64,000 bases of DNA from a virus, in IMG/VR virus record IMGVR_UViG_3300012178_000001, positions 28,495-92,494 of that record. One strand, 5' to 3'. The notes under the pieces are model-generated. The model did no database searches, was not told the origin of the DNA, and saw nothing but the letters and a program-made list of their open reading frames with translations. Both the position numbers and the translations under genes were made by a program. Position 1 is the first letter of the stretch. Each line of letters begins with the position of its first letter. Shown here one piece after another: positions 1-10,009 of the stretch.

Positions 1-33
1 AATTTAACAATTATATTAATATAATAAAGAAAG

Positions 34-465
34 GTGGTTAAAATGACAGAAACAGCTATGAAGAAAGAGTTCACTCTAAGTGTCAATGACTTTAGAGAAG
101 TTACTAACAAGGATGGAATTTATGGTCTGGCTAAGAATATAGAGACTATAATATTGATGGATAAAGGCTCTTATCCTAACATAAGAGATATGGGAGTTGG
201 AATAGAAGATTATCAATTTGAATTCCTAACAATAAACACTTTAGATACTATAAAGCACTCTATTAAAAGGCAAATTAATAAATATATACCTACTAATAAA
301 GTGAAGGATGTAGTAGTAGAACAGTTGGAGAATGAGAGTAATAATAAGAAGTCAGTGGCTGTACTAGTAACACTTAATAAGAATGTAGATAATGTCGGAG
401 AAATAGTTGTATTGATGAATAAAGATATTTCTAGTAATTCATTAGAAAGTACTATATTCATTTAA
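34..465 (+). CDS. T4 gp25-like baseplate wedge / sheath-initiator protein (start probably ATG at 43)
   Basis: 'IETIILMDKGSYPNIRDMGVGIEDYQFE...IKRQINKYIP' fits the gp25/GPW pattern (T.kGer...P.fG.gl..ylFE); next to other baseplate-type genes. Confidence 0.65.
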   Translation: MVKMTETAMKKEFTLSVNDFREVTNKDGIYGLAKNIETIILMDKGSYPNIRDMGVGIEDYQFEFLTINTLDTIKHSIKRQINKYIPTNKVKDVVVEQLENESNNKKSVAVLVTLNKNVDNVGEIVVLMNKDISSNSLESTIFI

Positions 466-540
466 ATAAAAAAATTAAACTAATTATTATAGTTAGAAAG
501 TTATGTTAAAACTTATAATAATATATTTAGGAGGGTAATT

Positions 541-2088
541 ATGAAAGAAGATAAAATTATGGAAAAAATACCTTTAGAGAAACGTACAGAAATGGGTATT
601 AAAGAGCCAGGCACTATTACTTACTATGAGGAAGGATCACAACCTCAACCAGAACAACCAGAACAACCAGTCCAGAACAGTCAACCTGCTGAAAATTCAG
701 GTCAAAGACGTGTTGTTAATGATAATGATGTTGAAGAAGTTCAATATGAGGAAAAGTCACAACCTATTGAGCGACCACAAAATGTTAATAAAGTTCAACA
801 AAAAGTTCAGTCTAATATTCAGACGGAAGGTGAAATCAGAGGTAAAACTACAAATTCACAGTATGTAGATGAAGAAGCATTCTCAGGAAATCAACAAGAA
901 CAACAAGTTCAAAGTGAACAAAAGAGAGTAGTTGTAGCACAAGCTGAGGAGGAAGTTTCTTCTGATGTAGATACATCTACACTTGATAAAATTTCTTCTG
1001 GTGAATTGTCATTACCAAGTGAAGCTAGAAATTCAGTAGCAGTAGGTAAGGATCAGACTATTGATGGTAATGGAAACATAAAGAAAAGAGTAGCTCAGGA
1101 TGGCGGACCAAGTCAAGTCACTGGGAACAGTTTCTTAGACTCAATTAATATTGATGTAAATGAAATCGAGATAGTTGAGAAATCTACACTTGAGAGAAGA
1201 AATGATATGAATGAAATCTTTAGTACAAAATCGACATTCTCAGTAACATGTTGTCAATCAGCATTTAGAGCAGATATGTCAGCATTGTCAATGTCAGATA
1301 TCAACAGATTGAATGGTTCTAATAATGATTCTTATAACTATTCAAATAATCTATTTAATACGGTATATAAGCATATTGAGAAAATGTCTATTGTTAAACC
1401 ATCATATTCAGAGTGGTTAAAGATTACATCAATCAATGACTTTGATACGTTATTATTTGGATTATATTCACAAACATTCCCAGATACAAATAATTTTGAA
1501 ATTACTTGTGGGCATTGTGGCAATAATACTGATGTTGAGATTGATAATAATTCATTAATTAAAGTTATGGATGACGAAGTATACGATAAAATTGATGAGG
1601 TAGTTAATTCTGTTAAAGATAAGGTGGATTTAGTTAATAAATCACTTGTTAATACTACTAAGAGAATCATATTACCAGAAAGCAAGATTATGGTAGATAT
1701 CAGGATTCCTTCATTACACAATCAATTAACAATTCTTAAGTCAGTTACTGATAAATTACTTCAGAACTATTCTGAGAGTATAATGATTATGGTATTCATA
1801 AAGGATATTTATATGCTTGATATTGAAGGAACTAGACGTTCTGGTTCTGCAAAGTATTACAAATTAGGTAATCAACCTAAAGATGTACTAGACTTATTAA
1901 TTAAGTTATCTGTTAATGATGGTAAATATCTTGAAAAGGTTATTTCAAAACGTTCAGAAAAGCATTCAATTGCATATGAGATTAATGGTGCGGTTTGTGA
2001 TAAATGTGAAGAGGAGTTGGACTCATTAGAAGTCGACCTTAGAAGAGTTCTTTTTACGAGAATCGAGAAGGCGGGACAAACGGACTAA
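541..2088 (+). CDS. Baseplate hub / tail assembly chaperone, T4 gp26-like, with long Q/E-rich disordered N-terminus
   Basis: Low-complexity N-terminus; C-terminal half has DFDTLLFGLY, CGHCG and CDKCE zinc knuckles typical of gp26-like proteins; SD GGAGG. Confidence 0.5.
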   Translation: MKEDKIMEKIPLEKRTEMGIKEPGTITYYEEGSQPQPEQPEQPVQNSQPAENSGQRRVVNDNDVEEVQYEEKSQPIERPQNVNKVQQKVQSNIQTEGEIRGKTTNSQYVDEEAFSGNQQEQQVQSEQKRVVVAQAEEEVSSDVDTSTLDKISSGELSLPSEARNSVAVGKDQTIDGNGNIKKRVAQDGGPSQVTGNSFLDSINIDVNEIEIVEKSTLERRNDMNEIFSTKSTFSVTCCQSAFRADMSALSMSDINRLNGSNNDSYNYSNNLFNTVYKHIEKMSIVKPSYSEWLKITSINDFDTLLFGLYSQTFPDTNNFEITCGHCGNNTDVEIDNNSLIKVMDDEVYDKIDEVVNSVKDKVDLVNKSLVNTTKRIILPESKIMVDIRIPSLHNQLTILKSVTDKLLQNYSESIMIMVFIKDIYMLDIEGTRRSGSAKYYKLGNQPKDVLDLLIKLSVNDGKYLEKVISKRSEKHSIAYEINGAVCDKCEEELDSLEVDLRRVLFTRIEKAGQTD

Positions 2089-2090
2089 GA

Positions 2091-2282
2091 ATGAAACGTA
2101 AGTCCAATGCAGAATTTATAGTATCTGTCCTTGAACTATTTGATGGACAGATTTCTATAGATGATATACTTGAAAAAGAGATACCTCTCGTATATGATCT
2201 TCTCGATGCAAAAGACGAATTAATTAAGGAAAAGGAAAGATTAAGGATTGAAGCTGAAAATAAAGCAATGAACAGCAAATAA
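2091..2282 (+). CDS. Small gp51-like assembly catalyst / possible frameshift extension of the upstream chaperone
   Basis: 'QISIDDILEKEIPLVYDLLDAKDELIKEKE' resembles gp51-type C-terminal chaperone segments; its frame is open from 2043. Confidence 0.45.
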   Translation: MKRKSNAEFIVSVLELFDGQISIDDILEKEIPLVYDLLDAKDELIKEKERLRIEAENKAMNSK

Positions 2283-2354
2283 GTATTACTTCCAGATTTG
2301 TAGATTATTAAATTAATGGGTGGTGATCTATAGATTAAAGGAAGGTTTGATATT

Positions 2355-2765
2355 ATGATGAGTTTATATTTAGATTTGATAAAGATAAAGAATAAAAGTG
2401 AAGACACTATTATAAATTTTTTAGATAGCTTGGAATACTGTGAAAATGGTTTTAATATAATAGAAATAATTAAAACTATGGAAAGTGACTTAGATGCTGA
2501 GGTAATTGTTATTGAGGGCTTTAAGAGTAAGAATGTTTTTGATGGTAAGTATGATGAATTATACAATCAATTTAGAAGAATTAAGATAACTTTTGATGAA
2601 TTTGATATTGATAGTATACCTAACATAGTTGAGAATAACAAGTATTACAATATGTATTGTGATGATATAACTATTGATAAAGATTATAGTTTAACTGTTT
2701 CATTCAAAGATGCTAGGAACATAGATAATTCGTCACAAGGAATAGTAATAGTTAATAATTTGTAA
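2355..2765 (+). CDS. Hypothetical protein
   Basis: 136-aa ORF with SD AAGGAAGG, followed by a terminator. Confidence 0.6.
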   Translation: MMSLYLDLIKIKNKSEDTIINFLDSLEYCENGFNIIEIIKTMESDLDAEVIVIEGFKSKNVFDGKYDELYNQFRRIKITFDEFDIDSIPNIVENNKYYNMYCDDITIDKDYSLTVSFKDARNIDNSSQGIVIVNNL

Positions 2766-2810
2766 AGTTTATCCTATCATAAATGAGTGATAGGATAAAC
2801 TTTTTTATTT
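2764..2810 (+). terminator. Rho-independent terminator
   Basis: aaagtttatcctatca / tgataggataaacttt inverted repeat plus T-run. Confidence 0.85.
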
Positions 2811-2817
2811 TAAATTA

Positions 2818-2829
2818 AACATTTAATTA
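2818..2829 (+). promoter_or_regulatory. Late-type promoter AACA-N6-TA
   Basis: AACATTTAATTA upstream of the chaperonin gene; motif recurs at 10 intergenic sites. Confidence 0.65.
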
Positions 2830-2883
2830 GACGATTTTAGTATAGCATATTAATATAAAATATAAAAGAGAGGGTGGAAATTA

Positions 2884-4614
2884 ATGACAGAAATTAATGA
2901 AACTAAAGATTATCTTGCTTCAAATGTAGTATCGGAGGAAAGAACTAAAAAGGAAATAAGAGATACAATTCACACTATAAGTGAAATTTTATCTAAGACA
3001 CTTGGACCTTATGGCTCTACTACAATCTTGCAAGATAAAACATTAAGACATACGCAAAGTAAAGATGGATTTACAGTATTTAAGAAGATATACTTCAGGG
3101 ATGAAATACCTAGAACTACATTAGATATAATAAAACAAATAAGTGAGAAATTAGTTAGAAGTGTTGGGGATGGTTCTACATCATCAGTAATTATTGCAGA
3201 TAAATTGTTCTCTAACTTAGATAACCTTATGAATGAATTTAATGTTGCTCCCAAAGATATAACACATGGGTTAAATAAGTTAGCTGTAAAATTAGAAGAA
3301 ATGATTAAAGATGTAGCAATTAAAGATGAAGATAATCTAGAAGCAATGTTAACAAAGGTTGCAACTATTTCAACTAATAATGATGATGAATTAGGGGAAA
3401 TGATTTCTAAGGCATTCTTGGAAATAGGTAAGTTTGGTTTTGCTAATATAGAACATTCGCCTACAAATGAGAGTTATTACGAAGTAGACACTGGCATGGA
3501 AGTTAAAAGAGGATATATACTACCTGAGTTCATAAATAAGGGAAATGAAACATGTGAATATGAAGACTCATTGGTATTTATAAGTAATGATGTTCTTGAT
3601 GATGATGACATGGAAATGGTAGGAGAAATACTAGGTTGGGCAATAAGTGAAGGTAAAGCAATAACCATCATAGCACCTGACTATTCTTCTTCAATGAAAG
3701 CATTTTTTCAACAAAATAAAAGGAATAATGAGGAATACTTGAAGTTGTTAGTTATAGATATGGCAAATAAAAGCAGACGTGCTAAGAATAAATTCCAAGA
3801 CTTTGCACTCCTAACTGGCTCAGACATATATGATAAAATGAATGAACAATCATTGAAAGAGTTCATTGGTTTTAATGGTAAAACTATATCTACAGAGAAC
3901 TTTGGTTCGGTAGATAAAGTAGTATCAAGTGAGAACTCAACTAAATTTATTACTGAAGTTGATACTGAAGATGAATATATCAAGGAGAGAATAGAGTATC
4001 TTAAAGAGGATTTAGTTAAACTTGAAACTGATTATGGTCACATAGATAGAGATGTTCAAATATATGAGTGTAAACAGAGAATTGCAAACCTTGAAGGCAA
4101 AATGGCTAAGATATTCATAGGTGGTAATTCAGAGAGTGAAAAGATTATCATAAAGGACTTGGTTGAAGATGCAGTGTATGCATGTAAATCAGCTATTGAA
4201 TATGGATACATTACAGGTGGTAATATTACAGTGCCTAGAATAATTAAATCACGTATGGAGGAGTTATCTGAATATCTTATTGGTGAGTTTAGCTATATGA
4301 ATAATAGAAAGAATATTGATGTTGAGTCATTTGTAGTTATGTTAATACTTCATATTGATGATGCATTTAAGTATAGTTTTGATAAAGTATTAGATAATGC
4401 TAATTTCACTCAAGAAGAAAAAGATGAAGTCATTAAAAAATGCGTTGATACTGACTTATTTTATAACCTTAAGACTAATGAGTATGAGAGCATTCATGAG
4501 ACAAATGTTATTAATTCAGCACAGACTGATATTGAAATAGTTAAGTCTACATTCTCAATAATAGGGCACTTAGTTACAAGTAGTCAGATAATAACCTTGA
4601 ATGTAAATAACTAA
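2884..4614 (+). CDS. groEL: Phage chaperonin (GroEL/Cpn60-like)
   Basis: TLGPYG, SKDGFTV, VGDGSTS, ATISTNND, VEDAVYA, GGN motifs; 576 aa; no GGM tail. Confidence 0.93.
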   Translation: MTEINETKDYLASNVVSEERTKKEIRDTIHTISEILSKTLGPYGSTTILQDKTLRHTQSKDGFTVFKKIYFRDEIPRTTLDIIKQISEKLVRSVGDGSTSSVIIADKLFSNLDNLMNEFNVAPKDITHGLNKLAVKLEEMIKDVAIKDEDNLEAMLTKVATISTNNDDELGEMISKAFLEIGKFGFANIEHSPTNESYYEVDTGMEVKRGYILPEFINKGNETCEYEDSLVFISNDVLDDDDMEMVGEILGWAISEGKAITIIAPDYSSSMKAFFQQNKRNNEEYLKLLVIDMANKSRRAKNKFQDFALLTGSDIYDKMNEQSLKEFIGFNGKTISTENFGSVDKVVSSENSTKFITEVDTEDEYIKERIEYLKEDLVKLETDYGHIDRDVQIYECKQRIANLEGKMAKIFIGGNSESEKIIIKDLVEDAVYACKSAIEYGYITGGNITVPRIIKSRMEELSEYLIGEFSYMNNRKNIDVESFVVMLILHIDDAFKYSFDKVLDNANFTQEEKDEVIKKCVDTDLFYNLKTNEYESIHETNVINSAQTDIEIVKSTFSIIGHLVTSSQIITLNVNN

Positions 4615-4621
4615 AGAATTA

Positions 4622-4629
4622 TATATTAT
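4622..4629 (+). promoter_or_regulatory. Early-type promoter motif TATATTAT
   Basis: Same octamer precedes several accessory gene blocks. Confidence 0.45.
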
Positions 4630-4677
4630 AAATATGATAGAATGTTTTAAGTTATTATATTGAAGGAGTGATATTAT

Positions 4678-4984
4678 ATACTAATAGTTAGTGATATAAT
4701 TGTTGTTGATGATGTGATTATAAAAGATGATGTAAAAGAATTTCTAGGCTTTAATTCTGATTCTATGAGTAAGGAATATAATAGACTAGAAAATAATAGG
4801 TTAGGATATGAGACTAATTTTGATAGAATATTTTCAGAAAGTGATTCAGTTAAAGAGATAGTTGATAAATTAGTCAAAATTAGTATCAATTTCTAGAAAA
4901 GACTACATCTCATGCTCACTAAAGAATGTGGTCTTGGATGACACTACTATTATGTATACACTTGCGATTGAAATTGATGAATAA
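4678..4984 (+). pseudogene. Small hypothetical gene, apparently frameshifted at the A4 run 4876-4879 (or a sequencing error)
   Basis: ORF 4714-4896 stops at TAG; the +1 frame continues SRKDYISCSLKNVVLDDTTIMYTLAIEIDE to TAA 4984; removing one A joins them. Confidence 0.4.
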
Positions 4985-5009
4985 TAATTGAAAGGATAGA
5001 TGATTAATT

Positions 5010-5699
5010 ATGCCAATTAAAAAAGTTAATTTACCATTCTTTGGTAAAGATGCTATGCTAACAATGAATCAACTATTACAAAATCCAACAGGTAAAAAGA
5101 CTTCACATACAACTGCTAGATACAGAGTAATAGAGGATTTAGAAAACAGAATGACAAAAATGATAAAAGATAATGGTAAATTCAAATTCAATGTATTTGA
5201 TGATGGAGACAAGTACGTATTTCTATTTAAGGTACCATCTGAAAGTTATAAAGGTTTATTCTATGATGTTGTACTAGAATTTAGACCTACTAATGATGAC
5301 CAGAAGGATAGTAAAAATATAAAAAACTATGCTATGCGTATATTCTCAAATTCACCACATTTTACATTTACATTCACTTATGTTGTAAATGATAATGGAC
5401 TGTTAGTTCCTTGGGTTAAACCGAAGTGTAATTCAAGAGCACTTAAGGATAAACCAAAGGTTACTAATCCTATATTGGAATACGGTTTCGAAAAGAGTGT
5501 ATATTATGCAACCTTATACATCAAGAAAAATAGACTTTTTAATAAAAGTACACTGGATAAAAACAGAATAAAGTTTAATAATAATGAAGTATTAGGAAAG
5601 ATAAAGACACAAAGTTCTAAGTTAAAAGAGTACAATAGTGCTAAGAAGAATAACAAGAAGAAAAAGAAACCAAAGCAGTCTGCTAAGAAAAGAAAATAA
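5010..5699 (+). CDS. Basic hypothetical protein
   Basis: 229-aa ORF, 'YDVVLEF...RIFSNSPHFTFTFTY', Lys-rich C-terminal tail. Confidence 0.7.
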   Translation: MPIKKVNLPFFGKDAMLTMNQLLQNPTGKKTSHTTARYRVIEDLENRMTKMIKDNGKFKFNVFDDGDKYVFLFKVPSESYKGLFYDVVLEFRPTNDDQKDSKNIKNYAMRIFSNSPHFTFTFTYVVNDNGLLVPWVKPKCNSRALKDKPKVTNPILEYGFEKSVYYATLYIKKNRLFNKSTLDKNRIKFNNNEVLGKIKTQSSKLKEYNSAKKNNKKKKKPKQSAKKRK

Positions 5700-5726
5700 G
5701 AGGAAAACTAATAGGATGGTGATAAA

Positions 5727-7208
5727 GTGCCTAATCAAAAAATATTTGAAGCTGATAAGACTAATAAACTAATTAGAATCAACTTCGATTTACTTGATAA
5801 TGAGATTGAAATACCAGAAGATTTTATAACATTTTCAATAAGAAAGAGACGTACTTATGTTGGTATTATAGACCAAATAGTTGATGCACTAAATGAAACA
5901 TATGATAGTGTTCAACATAAAATAATTATACCTATGATAAGTATAGCATCAAAGATACATGAAGAAGAAGATTATACAGAAACTGATTTTCTTCACGATT
6001 TAAATACTTTGCTTATTAATGATGACTTAATTGAAGCTATTAGTAATCATGTAGAAGAAACATATGAAGTGGACTTAAATGATAATATAAAGAAGTCTAA
6101 CAATCTTAACGAACAATTACTCTATAAAGACTCACATGCTAAGGTTATATTAAAGGCTTCTAGATTAATAAAGATTACTGCACCTGTATTTTGTGAGTTC
6201 ATAGAAGTATACGATATTAAAAATGATAATGACTTCATATTTAATTTAGTTAAGACATACTTCGAACACTTTTCATCGGACATGAATATACCTAATAAAT
6301 TATATAAATTAGCGTATTCAAGGGTTGCTAAGACACAATATAGTGATAAAATGTATTGGAGTTATATAGCAAGTAGGGCAATAGATATCAATACTACTAG
6401 TAAACGTTTTTACAAAAGATTAATGAGAAACATACTTATTAAATTAGAACAAAATAGAAGTATTGTATCATTTATACATGTGGTATTGAAGAACTATATG
6501 AAGTATGAGTTGCTTACAAACTATGATATACACTATGACAGTAAGAATTTAAAGCAAACTGATAAAGATGGTCTTAGTGAATTTGATAAGCTGGAAGTGA
6601 AGTTGTTAAGACGTGATGAGGGTAAAGTAATAATAAACAGATTAACTGTTAACTCATCAATAATTGCTCTATGTAGACAATATGACTATGATATATCTGA
6701 ACCTGAATTTAGGTATTACCTTGATAATGTACGTGTTAACAAAGTCCAGAATAATCTAATGCAGATGTTTTATGCTGACAAGTTTGGTTGTTATAACACG
6801 TTATTCTCATCTAGTGGTAAAGAATATATAATGTTACTAATAATATTTAAGAAATGGTTAAAGGATAATAACTTTCCAATTCTTTCTAAGTTAGTTGTAG
6901 GACAACCAGATATGAACTTTAAGCCAGATAGAATCAGTAAACGTAAGTTCATGGAGAAATTAATTGAAAGTGAAAAGTTTAAAGAACTTCATGAGAACCA
7001 ATACAGATTTATAACACAAAATCTACTAGATAGTAATGTAATTGTAAGTCTACTATCAACACTTACAAGTAATACATTTATAGAACTTCCTGATTATGAG
7101 AAACTATCTCATTTGGAAAATTTAGATGATTTAGATTTTAATAATACTATAAATGAGAAGATAGGGAGTGTGGCACAAGAGTTGATTAATTTTATAGAAA
7201 TAATTTAA
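5727..7208 (+). CDS. Probable promoter-specificity (sigma-like) subunit of non-virion RNA polymerase, phiKZ gp68 / AR9 gp226-like
   Basis: 493-aa largely helical protein; 'LLYKDSHAKVILKASRLIKITAPVFCEF' recalls the conserved gp68-family segment; size and genome type fit. Assignment from recall only. Confidence 0.5.
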   Translation: MPNQKIFEADKTNKLIRINFDLLDNEIEIPEDFITFSIRKRRTYVGIIDQIVDALNETYDSVQHKIIIPMISIASKIHEEEDYTETDFLHDLNTLLINDDLIEAISNHVEETYEVDLNDNIKKSNNLNEQLLYKDSHAKVILKASRLIKITAPVFCEFIEVYDIKNDNDFIFNLVKTYFEHFSSDMNIPNKLYKLAYSRVAKTQYSDKMYWSYIASRAIDINTTSKRFYKRLMRNILIKLEQNRSIVSFIHVVLKNYMKYELLTNYDIHYDSKNLKQTDKDGLSEFDKLEVKLLRRDEGKVIINRLTVNSSIIALCRQYDYDISEPEFRYYLDNVRVNKVQNNLMQMFYADKFGCYNTLFSSSGKEYIMLLIIFKKWLKDNNFPILSKLVVGQPDMNFKPDRISKRKFMEKLIESEKFKELHENQYRFITQNLLDSNVIVSLLSTLTSNTFIELPDYEKLSHLENLDDLDFNNTINEKIGSVAQELINFIEII

Positions 7209-7256
7209 GCTGATTCTAGCTTAAATTATTTTTACATTTTATATGGAGGTGAGACA

Positions 7257-8312
7257 ATTTCAGTAGATGCAATAAAACTAATGTTAAACGAAATAGAGAC
7301 TAATATTTATCCATACTATTATAACGTATCAAATACTGAAATAAGTATTAGATGTCCATATTGTGGAGATAGTATTAAGAGTGATAAGTCAGCACACTTA
7401 TATATTGAAATAAACAATCCAAATGTATGTAGATTTTATTGTCAAAGATGTAGCATTTCAGGTATCGTTACTAATGATTTATTTAAAGACATAGGTATAT
7501 TCAATAATAAATTAAATGCACAGTTCCATAAAATGAATAAAGATAACAGATATAATGGAGCATCTATTAAAAAAGGTAACAGTAGTATTATATCAAAGAA
7601 GAAAGATTTAATTATCCCAAAAGCACATGGTACTGATTATGAGGTTAATAAATTAAAGTACTTAATAGAGAGATTGGGAGTCAGTATAACTGAAAAGGAA
7701 GCAAGAGAAAAATTTAATGTCATATTGAATTTTGAAGAATTTGTACTTGAGAATGATATAAAAAGCTTTAATATTCCAGAAGAATATAAAGAAAAAACTG
7801 TTTATGATTTTTATAGATATAGTATAGGTTTCTTATCGAACGACCAGACTAATATAATATTTAGGTCTATAAACACAGATAAAACATATTGGAGGTATTA
7901 TAATTATAATATATTTAATAATTATGATAATAGCATGAGAATGTACTCCATATCTAATAAAATTGACCTCCTAGCTGATGTTCTAAATGTTTATATAACA
8001 GAAGGAATATTTGATATACTAGGTGTATACAACAATGTGTATAATAAAGAGAAAACAAATGACAATGATTTATTTATTGCAGTAAATGGTAAAGGGTATA
8101 ACCTCATTTTTTTACACTTAATGCGTTTAGGTTTTCTTAATCTAAATATTCATATATTTTCAGATTCAGATGTTAATAGAAGATTTTATGAGAATATGAA
8201 GAAGTATAATGAAGTACTAAGTGATACCAAAATAAACTTGTACTACAATAAACTAAGTAAAGACTTTGGTGTTCCAAAAGAGTATATTGAATTAAAGAGG
8301 AGTTTTATATGA
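7257..8312 (+). CDS. DNA primase (Zn-finger + TOPRIM); probable ATT start at 7257 (ORF track ATG 7281)
   Basis: RCPYCGD..H...CQRC zinc finger, ITEGIFD, FSDSD and KDFG TOPRIM motifs. Confidence 0.85.
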   Translation: MSVDAIKLMLNEIETNIYPYYYNVSNTEISIRCPYCGDSIKSDKSAHLYIEINNPNVCRFYCQRCSISGIVTNDLFKDIGIFNNKLNAQFHKMNKDNRYNGASIKKGNSSIISKKKDLIIPKAHGTDYEVNKLKYLIERLGVSITEKEAREKFNVILNFEEFVLENDIKSFNIPEEYKEKTVYDFYRYSIGFLSNDQTNIIFRSINTDKTYWRYYNYNIFNNYDNSMRMYSISNKIDLLADVLNVYITEGIFDILGVYNNVYNKEKTNDNDLFIAVNGKGYNLIFLHLMRLGFLNLNIHIFSDSDVNRRFYENMKKYNEVLSDTKINLYYNKLSKDFGVPKEYIELKRSFI

Positions 8313-8740
8313 ATAATGAATTTTTTATTAGAGTACTTGTAATAGCAACAGTAGTAATTATAGATGTTTTCTTAATTAAAATGGTGTTTGTTAAACCAAA
8401 AGTTAAGAAAGTTAAATCACCACAGGTAGACTTTGATTCCGATATGGAATTTTTACTCTATCTTATAGCATTTAAGTGTTCGAATGCGGCTGATATAATA
8501 GTTAAGACAAAGACAGAATTTGATGGAAGACTATTAGGTGATGATTATGTTGACCATATGACAACTGATTTATCAAATGAAATAATTGATTTTTTATCAG
8601 ATGATTACAAAGAGAGACTGGAGAAATATTTTAGACCTGATAATGGCTCATTGAAAACATATATAGTTGAAATGGTGTTTTTAGAAATTAGTAAAACAGC
8701 AATTAAACAGAATAAGAAAATTATGAACTCAGGTGATTAA
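8309..8740 (+). CDS. Membrane-anchored hypothetical protein
   Basis: N-terminal hydrophobic helix; ATGA overlap with primase. Confidence 0.7.
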   Translation: MNNEFFIRVLVIATVVIIDVFLIKMVFVKPKVKKVKSPQVDFDSDMEFLLYLIAFKCSNAADIIVKTKTEFDGRLLGDDYVDHMTTDLSNEIIDFLSDDYKERLEKYFRPDNGSLKTYIVEMVFLEISKTAIKQNKKIMNSGD

Positions 8741-8767
8741 TTGTATGTATTTCATAATCCTTATATA

Positions 8768-8779
8768 AACATAATATTA
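8768..8779 (+). promoter_or_regulatory. Late-type promoter AACA-N6-TA
   Basis: AACATAATATTA. Confidence 0.65.
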
Positions 8780-8801
8780 ATATATAAAGTATTATTAAGT
8801 T

Positions 8802-9515
8802 ATGTTTAGAAAGGATGATTTTATGAAAATGCCTATTATGAATGATAGAAAAGGTCCAGAGTCTAAATCTAATGATATAAATACTATTGCAATCCATGAA
8901 TTAACACCAATTGAAATGGGTTTTACTGATTTTTCAGACACTAAAGCATATATCAGATTTATCAAAGATGTGGAAAGACTTATTAGAAAAAGTTCTGAAT
9001 ACAGATCATATATAAAATTTTTAAAGACTGAATGTAATCTAAATCGTGGTACATTCTTATCACAAGCTAATGATAATGAAAAAAGTAAAGTTAGTATAGA
9101 ATTTCATCATTATCCATTTAGTTTATATGATTTGGTAGACATCGTTACATCAAGTTATTATGCAGTAGGTGTCAATAGAATAAGTCCTTATATGTTAGCA
9201 AATGAAGTAATGGAGCTACATTATAAGAATATGATTGGTCTTGTACCACTTACAAAAACAGTTCATGAATTAGCACATAGTGGTGAAATATTTATTAGTT
9301 TAGATAACGTATATGGGAATGTAAATAAATTCTTAAGTGAATTCAAAGTTGGAATAGATTCAGATTATTTAGATAAGCTATCCGACTTAATAGATTTAAC
9401 TGATACACTTAAAGATTACAAACCTGATATCTTAGATAAGCAGATGACATATATTGATATGGAAACTGTAAATAATTTGTTAGAAGTAGATTTAAAAGAA
9501 GAAAATTTAGCTTAA
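8802..9515 (+). CDS. HNH-like protein, paralog of 16270-16968 (start probably ATG 8823)
   Basis: IEFHHYPFSLYD...LVPLTKTVHELAH pattern resembling a beta-beta-alpha-Me site. Confidence 0.6.
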   Translation: MFRKDDFMKMPIMNDRKGPESKSNDINTIAIHELTPIEMGFTDFSDTKAYIRFIKDVERLIRKSSEYRSYIKFLKTECNLNRGTFLSQANDNEKSKVSIEFHHYPFSLYDLVDIVTSSYYAVGVNRISPYMLANEVMELHYKNMIGLVPLTKTVHELAHSGEIFISLDNVYGNVNKFLSEFKVGIDSDYLDKLSDLIDLTDTLKDYKPDILDKQMTYIDMETVNNLLEVDLKEENLA

Positions 9516-9518
9516 AAA

Positions 9519-9548
9519 TAGTTAATATCCTTTATGGGTATTAACTAT
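9519..9548 (+). terminator. Hairpin terminator
   Basis: tagttaatatcc-tttat-gggtattaacta. Confidence 0.6.
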
Positions 9549-9559
9549 CTAAATTTCAT

Positions 9560-10009
9560 TTGAGGGGGAGCAGATTAATGAATTATTGTAACGAATTAGA
9601 AGAATTACTAGGTGTAAAGATGAATGAGAAATTCTACTTAAGATTTGACAACCATGAGATAGGACGAAGTTTAAGTATAAAGGATTATAACTACAGTATT
9701 GCAGTAAGAAATCCATACACACTTAAAGAAGATGGTCTATACAATTCAGAAGATTGTATAGATCATATTGCATTGTCATTATTACTATTTGGAAGACTGA
9801 AGTTAGATCAATGCGACTTATCAGAGGTGATAAAAGATGGTGACATATACTTTTTTATTAACTATGCTAATACTGTAGAAAAACGAGTTTATCTTGAAAG
9901 AGAATCAGATAAAGTGTCTAATGCACATAGAGAAATGGGGAATATGTTTAGAACACGTGATACTGCATTTAACTATAAATTAGGGTTAATAGGAAAGGAT
10001 GATAAATAA
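9560..10009 (+). CDS. Hypothetical protein (start probably ATG 9578)
   Basis: ORF with SD GAGGGG; translationally coupled to the next gene (TAATG). Confidence 0.65.
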   Translation: MRGSRLMNYCNELEELLGVKMNEKFYLRFDNHEIGRSLSIKDYNYSIAVRNPYTLKEDGLYNSEDCIDHIALSLLLFGRLKLDQCDLSEVIKDGDIYFFINYANTVEKRVYLERESDKVSNAHREMGNMFRTRDTAFNYKLGLIGKDDK

